A stretch of DNA of 64,000 nucleotides from NCBI GenBank assembly GCA_910587915.1, contig CAJUOB010000008.1, positions 12,099 to 76,098 on the forward strand, written 5' to 3'. This document shows positions 30,186 through 39,165 of this stretch, in pieces; within the stretch, counting starts at the first letter, position 1, and each line of letters starts with the position of its first letter. The DNA comes from an uncultured Muribaculaceae bacterium. Its GTDB lineage: Bacteria > Bacteroidota > Bacteroidia > Bacteroidales > Muribaculaceae. The notes under the pieces are model-generated. The model was not told where the DNA came from. It did no database searches and saw nothing but the letters and a program-made list of their open reading frames with translations. The position numbers were made by a program, and so were the translations under genes.

Positions 30186-30716
30186 ATGGATCATACATCT
30201 TTGCGCTACACCGATGAGCGCGACAAAACATATGGACTCGCCGGAATGGCCATTACACTGGTGGCTATCGACGGCGAAAAATACCTGTGCGAAATCAATC
30301 TCGACGCCGATGCCGGCGAAGGAATTGTCATGACACACGACTATGGCTTCAAAGGAAATCCGCGCATGTCGGCCCGCATCATATGGGAGCAGACCCTGGC
30401 AGAACTTCGCATGACAACTTCCATGACACTCGGAAACATAGCATGCCGCCGCTACGTGCTCGGACACCGCGACATCGACCAGGCCGATATCACCCCCGTG
30501 CGCGAAGCCGTTCGCCTCGAAGGGCTCGACCACTGCGGCCTCGACAATGATGAGGCCGACCGCCTGTTCGACAGTTGCCTCAGCTATGTGCGCCGCGTAT
30601 TCCGTCATTCGGGTGTGCAGGAAGTAGCCCACACTTTCGCAGGCCATATAAGCCGCCGCCGCACTCTCTCGGGTGCCGAGGCGATAGAAATACTAAGCTC
30701 TCTCGGCCTCTCCTGA
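30186..30716 (+). CDS. Hypothetical protein; C-terminus resembles FtsH/M41 protease-domain helices, no HEXXH
   Basis: Coding-like ORF tightly following porZ; tail AHTFAGHISRRRTLSGAEAIEIL. Confidence 0.7.
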   Translation: MDHTSLRYTDERDKTYGLAGMAITLVAIDGEKYLCEINLDADAGEGIVMTHDYGFKGNPRMSARIIWEQTLAELRMTTSMTLGNIACRRYVLGHRDIDQADITPVREAVRLEGLDHCGLDNDEADRLFDSCLSYVRRVFRHSGVQEVAHTFAGHISRRRTLSGAEAIEILSSLGLS

Positions 30717-30804
30717 CAAAGACCTTATCTGAAATTTTTGAAGCATGTCCGGAAGAACATGGTGTGCAATGCATCCGATCCGGACGTGTCTAATTTCATA
30801 AATC

Positions 30805-31626
30805 ATGTCGACATATACAGTACAAGATCCCCGCAAGGTGACCACACGGCGCCTTGCCGAAATGAAATCCAAAGGCGAGAAAATCGCCATGCTCACCGCC
30901 TACGACTACTCCATGGCCAAACTTATCGACGAGGCCGGAATGGATGCCATCCTCATAGGCGACTCCGCTGCCAATGTAATGGCCGGATATCCCACGACTC
31001 TCCCCATCACCCTCGACCAGATGATATATCACGCCCAGTGCGTCGCACGTGGCGTAAAACGCGCCCTCGTAGTGTGCGACCTGCCCTTCGGCACATACCA
31101 GGGCAACTCCAAGCAGGCGCTCGCCTCGGCAATCCGCATCATGAAAGAAAGCGGAGCCGAAGCCGTCAAGATGGAAGGCGGTGAGGAAATCATCGAATCG
31201 GTGGAAAGAATTCTCTCAGCTGGCATACCGGTGATGGGTCACCTCGGCCTCACACCTCAGAGCATCAATAAATTCGGCACTTACAATGTGCGTGCCCGCG
31301 AGGCCGCCGAAGCCGAAAAGCTTCTGGCCGATGCCAAACTGCTCGAGAAAGCCGGATGCTTCGCAATAGTACTCGAAAAAATCCCCGCCGAACTTGCCAC
31401 AAAGGTATCCGAGAGCCTCTCCATCCCCACCATCGGTATTGGTGCAGGAAACGGATGCGACGGTCAGGTATTGGTGATGCAGGACATGCTCGGCATCAAC
31501 ATGGGATTCTCGCCCCGATTCCTGCGTCGCTACGCCGACCTCGGAAATGTGATTGAAGATGCCGTCGGCAACTACATCAAGGACGTGAAGTCGTCCGACT
31601 TTCCTAACGCTTCCGAGCAATATTGA
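30805..31626 (+). CDS. panB: 3-methyl-2-oxobutanoate hydroxymethyltransferase
   Basis: [31 protein letters not shown] and GIGAG motifs. Confidence 0.97.
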   Translation: MSTYTVQDPRKVTTRRLAEMKSKGEKIAMLTAYDYSMAKLIDEAGMDAILIGDSAANVMAGYPTTLPITLDQMIYHAQCVARGVKRALVVCDLPFGTYQGNSKQALASAIRIMKESGAEAVKMEGGEEIIESVERILSAGIPVMGHLGLTPQSINKFGTYNVRAREAAEAEKLLADAKLLEKAGCFAIVLEKIPAELATKVSESLSIPTIGIGAGNGCDGQVLVMQDMLGINMGFSPRFLRRYADLGNVIEDAVGNYIKDVKSSDFPNASEQY

Positions 31627-31633
31627 TACAACA

Positions 31634-32341
31634 TTGCACTCTCCCCGCCGACTCCTCAGAGGGCTTGCCCACATGCTTATGCCGAGGCTATGCCCGGCAT
31701 GCGGACACGCCATGCTCGAGGGTGAGGAAGCAATGTGCTCGGCGTGCCGGATAGCTCTTCCACGGCTCGGACCTGCCGATATAGTGGCAGGGACTCTGGC
31801 CGATGCGCTGTCGAACGCTCCGGCTCCGCCCGGTTTCACGGCCATATGGTTTCGCTACGACCCCACAGGGCCGTTTGCGCGCCTTGTCCGCGACGCCAAG
31901 TATGCCGACCGTCCGGCTCTCGCCCGTAAACTCGGACGGGAATTTGCACGCGAACTTATTTCCGACCGTGGCGATACCCTCGCCGCGGTCGACTTGCTTC
32001 TTCCTGTACCGATGCACTGGCAAAAGCAGCTTCGCCGTGGCTACAATCAAAGCGTAGAGATTGCCGCCGGCATAGCCGATGTCACCGGCATACCAATAGG
32101 CGACAACCTTGTGGCCGTAGCACCGCACGCCACGCAGACTCACCGCTCACGCCGCGCCCGACTCTCCAACGTCCGTGGCACAATCGCATGCGAGGCGCCA
32201 CACGAACTCCACGACCTCGACATATGCCTTGTCGACGATATCGTCACGACAGGAGCCACAATCGGAGAATGCATCATGGCCTTGCGACGCGCCACCGCGC
32301 AACCCGCTTCGATAGGCGCCATTACACTGGGCGCCCCATGA
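31634..32341 (+). CDS. ComF family amidophosphoribosyltransferase-like protein
   Basis: CPAC/CSAC zinc ribbon, PVPMH...RRGYNQ, LVDDIVTTGAT. Confidence 0.9.
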   Translation: MHSPRRLLRGLAHMLMPRLCPACGHAMLEGEEAMCSACRIALPRLGPADIVAGTLADALSNAPAPPGFTAIWFRYDPTGPFARLVRDAKYADRPALARKLGREFARELISDRGDTLAAVDLLLPVPMHWQKQLRRGYNQSVEIAAGIADVTGIPIGDNLVAVAPHATQTHRSRRARLSNVRGTIACEAPHELHDLDICLVDDIVTTGATIGECIMALRRATAQPASIGAITLGAP

Positions 32342-32396
32342 TATGTTAAAATTTAATAAAGCAACTTGGTGAGCGAACAGATTGTAAAAAAGTTGT

Positions 32397-32404
32397 TAAC
32401 TTTG
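32397..32404 (+). promoter_or_regulatory. Sigma-A -7 element driving the candidate sRNA
   Basis: TAACTTTG in an AT-rich intergenic region. Confidence 0.6.
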
Positions 32405-32408
32405 CCGA

Positions 32409-32514
32409 TGCAAAGATAAAACGGAAAATCTCGGCGTAAAATCGCCGGATTATGCCACAATAAGTGAATCATAGGTTAGGATGCAATTGCCCGAGAGGGT
32501 CGTTGCATTTTTTT
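32409..32514 (+). ncRNA. Candidate ~100-nt intergenic small RNA
   Basis: Promoter, hairpin (32427-32451), single-stranded stretch, then GNRA-looped terminator with T7 (32481-32514); only 3-codon ORFs inside. Confidence 0.6.
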
Positions 32515-32659
32515 CGCCCTCTTTTGTTACTAAATCTTAAAAGAGCCTAAGCCCGATGCATCATATTCTTTTGTGGCTTCGCCCCTCTGATGCGGAAATT
32601 GTATGAACCGCCATTCAGGCAGCCGCCAAATAAATTTGGTTCAGAGCCCATTTTTTGTG

Positions 32660-32667
32660 TATTTTTG
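32660..32667 (+). promoter_or_regulatory. Sigma-A -7 element 4 nt before the GH25 ATG (possible leaderless mRNA)
   Basis: TATTTTTG-tagc-ATG. Confidence 0.5.
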
Positions 32668-32671
32668 TAGC

Positions 32672-33451
32672 ATGACCGACCGGGCTGCAAGAAATATCGC
32701 CCTATGCATTGTAGCGTCGGCGGGGCTGCTGGTAGCCTCGCTTGCATTGTGGCGTGCATTCAGAGTCCGCGAGCCCCATGCCGATATCGACCGAGACCGC
32801 TACCCTGTGGCCGGGCTCGACATCTCTGCGCACAACGGTATCGTTCGCTTCGATTCAGTAGCTGCCGCCGGAATCGACTTTGTGTATCTCAAAGCCAGCG
32901 AAGGTGTATCGTTCCGCGACCAGAATTTCATCCGCAACTACGACAATGCCCGAAAATCCGGATTGAAAGTCGGTGCATACCACTTTTTCCGTTTCGATTG
33001 CGACGGCGCAATGCAAAGCGTCAACTTTCTCTCAGCCATCAACGACCGCTCGTTCGACCTACCTCTGGCCATCGATGTCGAAGAATGGCGAAACGCCCCG
33101 GGCCAGACCACCGACATCATCCGCGAGCGCCTCACCACAATGATGGCGCTTCTCCAGGCACAAGGCTACAAGATTGTTGTATACACCAATAAGCAAGGCC
33201 ATGCACGCTTCGTGCGCGAAGGGCTGCCCAACGGCAAAACGCCAGATGTATGGATATGCTCATTCACCAACCCGCCACTGGCCCACGAACCTTGGCGACT
33301 GTGGCAGCATAGCCACATCGGCCATATTCCGGGGGTGAAAGGCGCAGTCGATCTAAATACATTCAACGGCTCCCGCCATCAGTGGCAGCGCTGGCTCGAC
33401 TCATGCGCCATGACGGAGCGCAATAAACAGCCCGTGCAATCCGTTGATTAG
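32672..33451 (+). CDS. GH25 lysozyme/muramidase with N-terminal membrane anchor
   Basis: GLDISAHNG, LKASEG, GAYHFF, AIDVEE (DxE), WQHS and VDLN motifs. Confidence 0.9.
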   Translation: MTDRAARNIALCIVASAGLLVASLALWRAFRVREPHADIDRDRYPVAGLDISAHNGIVRFDSVAAAGIDFVYLKASEGVSFRDQNFIRNYDNARKSGLKVGAYHFFRFDCDGAMQSVNFLSAINDRSFDLPLAIDVEEWRNAPGQTTDIIRERLTTMMALLQAQGYKIVVYTNKQGHARFVREGLPNGKTPDVWICSFTNPPLAHEPWRLWQHSHIGHIPGVKGAVDLNTFNGSRHQWQRWLDSCAMTERNKQPVQSVD

Positions 33452-33475
33452 AAGTAATTGTGTTGACAAATCCAT

Positions 33476-36400
33476 ATGACAGACCGACATATACTCTCTC
33501 CCGCACACATACTTCTCGCCCTGCTCCTCATGCTCTGCGGCACGGTGGCATCCGCGCTTCCCACCGACCACTACGCATCATCATCGCGCCTGGCTCAGGG
33601 TCGTTGGATGAAAGTCCGCATCGACACCGATGGCCTCTACCGGATTCCCGCATCGACACTGCGCTCGTGGGGCTTCTCCGATATTTCGCGTGTAAGGGTG
33701 TTCGGATACGGAGGTCGCCGCATTTCCAACGTTCTTTCCGCATCTGAATATATCGACGATCTGCCCATGGCTCCCTGCGAGCTCACCGACCGTGGGCTTG
33801 TGTTCTACGGTGTTGCCGGTGGCTCATGGGAAAACTCACAGAGCTACTACCACTTCGAGACCAACGACTATTCGAAATATGGCTACTACTACATCGGCGA
33901 AACCTCCGATGATACCGCAGCCATGCCAACTGTCGGCACACCCCGCACCAGCACCGATGCCACACGCACGTTCCAGTCGAGAATGCACTATGAACGCGAA
34001 CTTCAGGCCGTAGGCGACGCCGGCCCGCTGATGGTGGGCGAGGATTTCCGATACACCCGCACCCGCAATTTCGCCATGGACTTCACCGACGCTGTCGATG
34101 GCGGCTCCGCACGTGTGGAGTGCTCCTTTGTAGCCAACATGACATCGTCCGGAACCCTCACCGTCAATTTCGACGACTCCCGCCTCGGTGTGCTGTCGAT
34201 ACCGAAGAAGCCCAGCGATTCATACACACATGGCGTACACGCTCTCGGACGCTACACTTTCACATCGACCGAAGGTCGGCACTCTTTCGGCCTCACTCTG
34301 TCGTCCGGCGGAACTGTCGTATTGGGCAACCTCAACTACATATCAGTGACCTACGACCGCCATCTGCGTCTTCCTGCCGCAGGATGGCTCGAATTCAACA
34401 CCCAGGCACCAACCATCGCGCTCGACGGGGCTGCCGACGGTCTCCGCATATGGGACGTAACATCGCTCCAAGCACCTGCCGACATCGACTTCGCCCTTTC
34501 CGGCACCGAGGCCCAATGGTCTATGGACACACGCTCGGAGCGCGCCTATGTCGCCTGGCTGCCTTCAGCCAATCTACCGGCGCCTCAGACTGTCGGAGCA
34601 GTATCCAATCAAGACCTCCACTCCGAAGATGGTGCCGAAATGATAATCGTCTGCCCGCCTGAATACAACGAGGCAGCCGAGCGCCTTGCGGCATTTCACC
34701 GCACCGATATCGACCCTATCTCTGTAAAGATTGTAGCCCCGCAGCACATATACAACGAATTTTCTTCTGGCAGCCCCGATGTATCGGGTATCAGAAAATA
34801 TCTGAAGATGCTCTACGACCGTGGCAACGCCGGCGCGGGCGACCCGCTACGCTACGTCATACTGATGGCCCGCACCACACTCGACAACCGGGGAATATCG
34901 GCCGCCGCGCCATCCTACCCTGTGCTTCCCGCATGGATGCCGGCGACTGTATCGTCATCGCTGTCGGACAACGAGGGATTCTGCACCGACGACTTCGTGG
35001 CTATGCTCGCCGATGGCAGCGGAGCCGACATGCGGCGCGATAAACTCGCCGTTGCGGTCGGACGCATACCTGTCACAAGCGCCGATGAAGCCAATTCGAT
35101 TGTCGACAAGACTCTCCAGTATGCCGCCGGAGCCCGGAAGACGGCGTGGAAGCAGCGGTTCCTGTTCGTAGCCGACGACGGCGACAGCGGCGAGCATCTA
35201 AACCAGACCGAGACAATGATCTCGAAATTCGACCATGCCGACCGCCAGCAGCACCTTGTACGCAAGGTATACGTAGACAACTACGAGCTCAATGGCTCCG
35301 TAGCCACGATGGCTCGCGAGACAATGTACCGCTACCTCGACGAAGGTGTCGTATGGTGGAACTATATCGGCCATGCCAACGAAACCAGCTGGACCAAGGA
35401 AGGACTCCTCACATATACCGACCTTAACAGTCTATATCTGCGCCACTGGCCTTTCATATATGCCGCCACATGCGACTTCCTGCGATTCGACGCCGAGCTC
35501 GTGAGCGGTGCCGAACTCCTCTATAAAGAACGCTACGGTGGTGCCATAGGCGTTATAAGCGCCATCCGCCCGGTATACATCACCTATAACAAGTATTTCT
35601 CCAATGCAATAGGTCGTGCGCTTGCCCGGCGCGATCAAAACGGCATTCTTCCCGCGCCGGGCGACATATATCTCCAGGCAAAGAACGACATCCGCGACTC
35701 AAACGACGCTCCTGTGGCCGACGACAACAGGCTCCGCTTCGTATTCATCGGCGATCCGGCATTAAGACTGGCAACACCGTCGAACATAGTGCGCATCGAC
35801 CGCATAAAGGGCCTATCGCCCGAAGGCGCCGACCAGATTGTCATCGGTGCTCTCGAGAAAGCTACTGTCGAAGGGTCGGTTACCGATCCCGACGGCAATG
35901 TCCTTTCAGGATTCAACGGCATCATTCTACTCGAGATATTCGACGCCGAACGCTCTTTCACCACTCTCGGACATGGCTCCGACGGAACAAACGATACTTT
36001 CGAAGACTACGGCGAACGAGTGTACTGCGGCTCTACAAAAGTTGTCGACGGACATTTTTCCATAGAACTGGCCATGCCGGCAGAGCTGTCGCAGAATTTC
36101 CGCCCGGCCACAATGTCGCTGTTCGCATATGCCACCGACACCAACGATGAAGCCATCGGCCTGAACCGCGACTTCTACGTCTACGGATACGATGAAACCG
36201 CTGCGCCCGACGAAACCGCGCCAAAAATTGAATCGATGGTGCTTAACCATAGCACATTCCGCAGCGGCGACACTGTCAACAGCTCGCCCATGCTCATTGC
36301 CACGGTAAGCGACGACACCGGCATCAACGTATCGACCGCCGGCATCGGTCGTCAGATGACAGCCATCATCGACGGCACTCAGACCTACTCCGATATATCC

Positions 36401-36874
36401 TTCTACTACACACCGGCCGCCGATGGCTCCGCCTCGGGTATCATAAACTACCCCTTCGACGACATAAAAACCGGCGCACACTCCCTGAAACTGAAAATAT
36501 GGGACACCGCCGGAAATTCCACCGAGTCCGAACTCGAATTCTTTGTGGCCGAGACAATGGCTCCCAAGATATACGACGTTTACTCCGATGCGAACCCGGC
36601 AGTCGATCAGGCCAACTTCTACCTCAGCCACGACCAGCCCGACGCCATGGCTACCGTCGAAGTCAGTGTCTACAACCTAATGGGACGTAAACTCTGGAGC
36701 CGGACCGTCACAGGCCGCAGCGACATGTTCCTCACCGTGCCCGTCACCTGGAACCTCTGCGATGCATCAGGCCGGCGCGTAGGCCGCGGAATCTACCTCT
36801 ACCGTGCCACCATCACCACCGATGGCCAGTCCTATCAGACCGCATCGCGCCGCATAGCCGTCGCCGCCCAATAG
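33476..36874 (+). CDS. porU: T9SS sortase PorU (C25 peptidase fold)
   Basis: SSRLAQGRWMKV, IYNEFSSGSPD, VGRIPV, YIGH and ATCDF catalytic motifs, IGDPAL, C-terminal CTD. Confidence 0.92.
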   Translation: MTDRHILSPAHILLALLLMLCGTVASALPTDHYASSSRLAQGRWMKVRIDTDGLYRIPASTLRSWGFSDISRVRVFGYGGRRISNVLSASEYIDDLPMAPCELTDRGLVFYGVAGGSWENSQSYYHFETNDYSKYGYYYIGETSDDTAAMPTVGTPRTSTDATRTFQSRMHYERELQAVGDAGPLMVGEDFRYTRTRNFAMDFTDAVDGGSARVECSFVANMTSSGTLTVNFDDSRLGVLSIPKKPSDSYTHGVHALGRYTFTSTEGRHSFGLTLSSGGTVVLGNLNYISVTYDRHLRLPAAGWLEFNTQAPTIALDGAADGLRIWDVTSLQAPADIDFALSGTEAQWSMDTRSERAYVAWLPSANLPAPQTVGAVSNQDLHSEDGAEMIIVCPPEYNEAAERLAAFHRTDIDPISVKIVAPQHIYNEFSSGSPDVSGIRKYLKMLYDRGNAGAGDPLRYVILMARTTLDNRGISAAAPSYPVLPAWMPATVSSSLSDNEGFCTDDFVAMLADGSGADMRRDKLAVAVGRIPVTSADEANSIVDKTLQYAAGARKTAWKQRFLFVADDGDSGEHLNQTETMISKFDHADRQQHLVRKVYVDNYELNGSVATMARETMYRYLDEGVVWWNYIGHANETSWTKEGLLTYTDLNSLYLRHWPFIYAATCDFLRFDAELVSGAELLYKERYGGAIGVISAIRPVYITYNKYFSNAIGRALARRDQNGILPAPGDIYLQAKNDIRDSNDAPVADDNRLRFVFIGDPALRLATPSNIVRIDRIKGLSPEGADQIVIGALEKATVEGSVTDPDGNVLSGFNGIILLEIFDAERSFTTLGHGSDGTNDTFEDYGERVYCGSTKVVDGHFSIELAMPAELSQNFRPATMSLFAYATDTNDEAIGLNRDFYVYGYDETAAPDETAPKIESMVLNHSTFRSGDTVNSSPMLIATVSDDTGINVSTAGIGRQMTAIIDGTQTYSDISFYYTPAADGSASGIINYPFDDIKTGAHSLKLKIWDTAGNSTESELEFFVAETMAPKIYDVYSDANPAVDQANFYLSHDQPDAMATVEVSVYNLMGRKLWSRTVTGRSDMFLTVPVTWNLCDASGRRVGRGIYLYRATITTDGQSYQTASRRIAVAAQ

Positions 36875-36920
36875 ATTACCATCTCATTCCGCTTAAGGTC
36901 TTAATGGCACACCCATAATC

Positions 36921-36951
36921 AACAGTGGCGCACCAATGGTGCGCCACTGTT
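36921..36951. terminator. Perfect inverted repeat between convergent porU and islet 2
   Basis: aacagtggcgcacca-a-tggtgcgccactgtt (15-bp arms). Confidence 0.8.
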
Positions 36952-36972
36952 ATACCCGATTATCAGATTATT

Positions 36973-37434
36973 TCAATGCAATATAGTCACAACATCATTT
37001 GGTGAAACGGACTCTCCATCGACCAATAGCACATATTCGGTCTTTGAGTTGATTTTACGCACCTGATGCTCTTTTTCTCCAATGTTAAGGGATATAGACA
37101 TATCGTAATATCCACTCTGCATCGTAGTAAGCGACAATAGCCATCCATCGGTGCCTTTATGCACACAATTTGCCGGAAGCGCATTGCCGGCATTTACTGC
37201 CGAAGGAACGAATTCAACCTGACATTCGCGACCGTCCACCAAAACGCCTATCTGTCCGAATACATTGTTTTCACTTTCGGGTGCGAGTAGATCGCAACCA
37301 AGCGCATCTACAATTTTGATATCCACACTCACCGGTACTTCACCCACAGGTGCCTCAACATTTTCATTGTCACTGCAACCAAATGCTCCGAAACCAAGCA
37401 CGGCAAGCATCATAAAAAATACTATTTTTTTCAT
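36973..37434 (-). CDS. Small hypothetical lipoprotein downstream of C10 peptidase (AT-rich islet 2)
   Basis: MKKIVFFMMLAVLGFGAFGC lipobox followed by acidic SDNEN; ATGA overlap with the peptidase stop. Confidence 0.78.
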   Translation of the reverse strand: MKKIVFFMMLAVLGFGAFGCSDNENVEAPVGEVPVSVDIKIVDALGCDLLAPESENNVFGQIGVLVDGRECQVEFVPSAVNAGNALPANCVHKGTDGWLLSLTTMQSGYYDMSISLNIGEKEHQVRKINSKTEYVLLVDGESVSPNDVVTILH

Positions 37435-38870
37435 TTTCTCGGACTTATATTGATTATCATTCCTCGCATAGCCTCAAATTGCGTGTTTGGGGGAGCAATT
37501 CTCTCGATATTTGTATACCATCCATTTCCACTTCCTCCCCAGCCCCAGTTAACATAATGCATAACTGGAGAAAATTCGGGATATCCTGTTATAGAGACTC
37601 GATCCACACAACGAAAGTCTTTTGCCGAAGGGAAGGTCCATACTTCTAAAAATCGTTCACTTACATATGTTTTCGATCCTGTTAATGTCCAAGCATGCTC
37701 CCTTACCTTACCATCTCTAAGATACGCACTATGGATTATACATGAACCGGACACGGCATTCATATCAAATTTATTCACAAAAGTAGCCTCATATCCATAT
37801 TTCTTCATAGTATTAGCCATGTTTTCCATCGAAATCGCAGTTGAGCCATCATCGTTATAAATAGGATTTGACACAGACGCAAGTTCATACAAAAAACGAC
37901 AAGTTTCATCAGAAGAACCTTCTAATGGCATAGAATGCCATGGTAGATATGATGGATGCTCATAATAACGCATAAGTTGGCCTGCCGCTATTGTGGTACA
38001 TCCAGGAGATTGATATTCCACTACATTCCCGAATATATCATATGCTAATGGTCGAAAATACAATGAAAATTCTTTTGTCTGATTCCAATGAACATTATTT
38101 TCACCGCTCCAATACACATCCGTTTTAGTGTACTCCACGAACGTAGTAAGCTTTTCATAATCCTCATAATAAGGCAAATATATCATTCCACCAGGTAAAA
38201 CTTCATCATAATAAGCTGCTTTCTCAGGAAAACGAATCCTGAATGTTTCATAATTATACCATTCTTATTCATTTCTTGAAGACCACACAACAGTGGAATC
38301 CATCATAATCCCGTAAAGCTCCGTTAATTCAGATTCATCAATAGACCTACTTTGAGAATGTCCTTCATTTATCTGAGATTTTTTTTCAAACGAATGCCAA
38401 ACACTCCTATTTTTCAAGGCACTATCAGGATATAATTTAGGCATATTGGTTATTTCTTCAGCAGTTGCTTCCATCCAAAATTCCAAATCAATTGGCATTG
38501 AGTCTACCCTAAAATTTCCAACCGTATTAAAAGCCAGAACTGGGTACCCGTCTTTTCTCGCACTGATAAGATAGAACCCTCCATCATTAGCATTATTGAC
38601 AACATATATGGCTTCATTTCCATCATTGTCGTAAACCGTAGTTATTGAAGCCTTACCCTCAGAGCGAGACAAAGGCATACCTTCATTCTTATTCACAAAG
38701 TCAATCACACGTTGAAGTTCATAAGAATTTACATTTACAGAATCGGGAATTGGTTCAACATCCGATCCCTCTATGCATACACTGTCCTCGGGTAGTGCAA
38801 GAGATTCATACAGATTATCACATGCACACAAGACAATCAGCATTAAAATTAAAGTTAAAATATTTTTCAT
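37431..38870 (-). pseudogene. C10 (streptopain-like) peptidase lipoprotein interrupted by one in-frame TAA at 38265-38267
   Basis: ORFs 38265..38870 and 37431..38186 share a frame and are joined by open codons: WSSRNE*EWYNYETFRIRFPEKAAYYDEVLPGGMIYLP; motifs WNQ, PGCTTIAAGQLMRYY, EHAW and VNWGWGG intact. Confidence 0.85.
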
Positions 38871-38891
38871 AGTATTAAATAGTTGCCCTCG

Positions 38892-38899
38892 CAAATATA
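38892..38899 (-). promoter_or_regulatory. Sigma-A -7 element for islet 2 operon
   Basis: TATATTTG on minus strand about 21 nt upstream of MKNIL start. Confidence 0.6.
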
Positions 38900-39101
38900 G
38901 CCTTATTTTTATAAGAAACAACACACCATCAACCAGGCTCACGTAGATTTAACTTTAATTATTGTATTTTCACATATCGCAAGCCAATAACAATTCATCT
39001 TAATGCTATAACTAAAAAGAATTTGAGAAATCCACTAAAAGCGAACTGCATAAATTTAGCATATATCTACCACACCCAAAATATTCCTTCGATTTCTGCA
39101 C

Positions 39102-39137
39102 AAAAAAAATCCCGGGGCAAGCAAGCCTCCGGGATTT
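39102..39137 (-). terminator. Terminator of the FKBP operon
   Basis: aaatcccgg...ccgggattt stem with a T-tract on the minus strand. Confidence 0.8.
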
Positions 39138-39165
39138 ACTATCAGATAATTTTATATCCTGTCAG

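Noticed and set aside
30763..30791. Possible ECF-like promoter upstream of panB (gcaat...gtctaa)
   Set aside because: Weak -35 match, and panB can be explained as part of the nadA-leuS operon
21030..39090. Calling the AT-rich islets mobile elements
   Set aside because: No integrase, transposase, tRNA target or terminal repeats were seen; reported only as compositional islets
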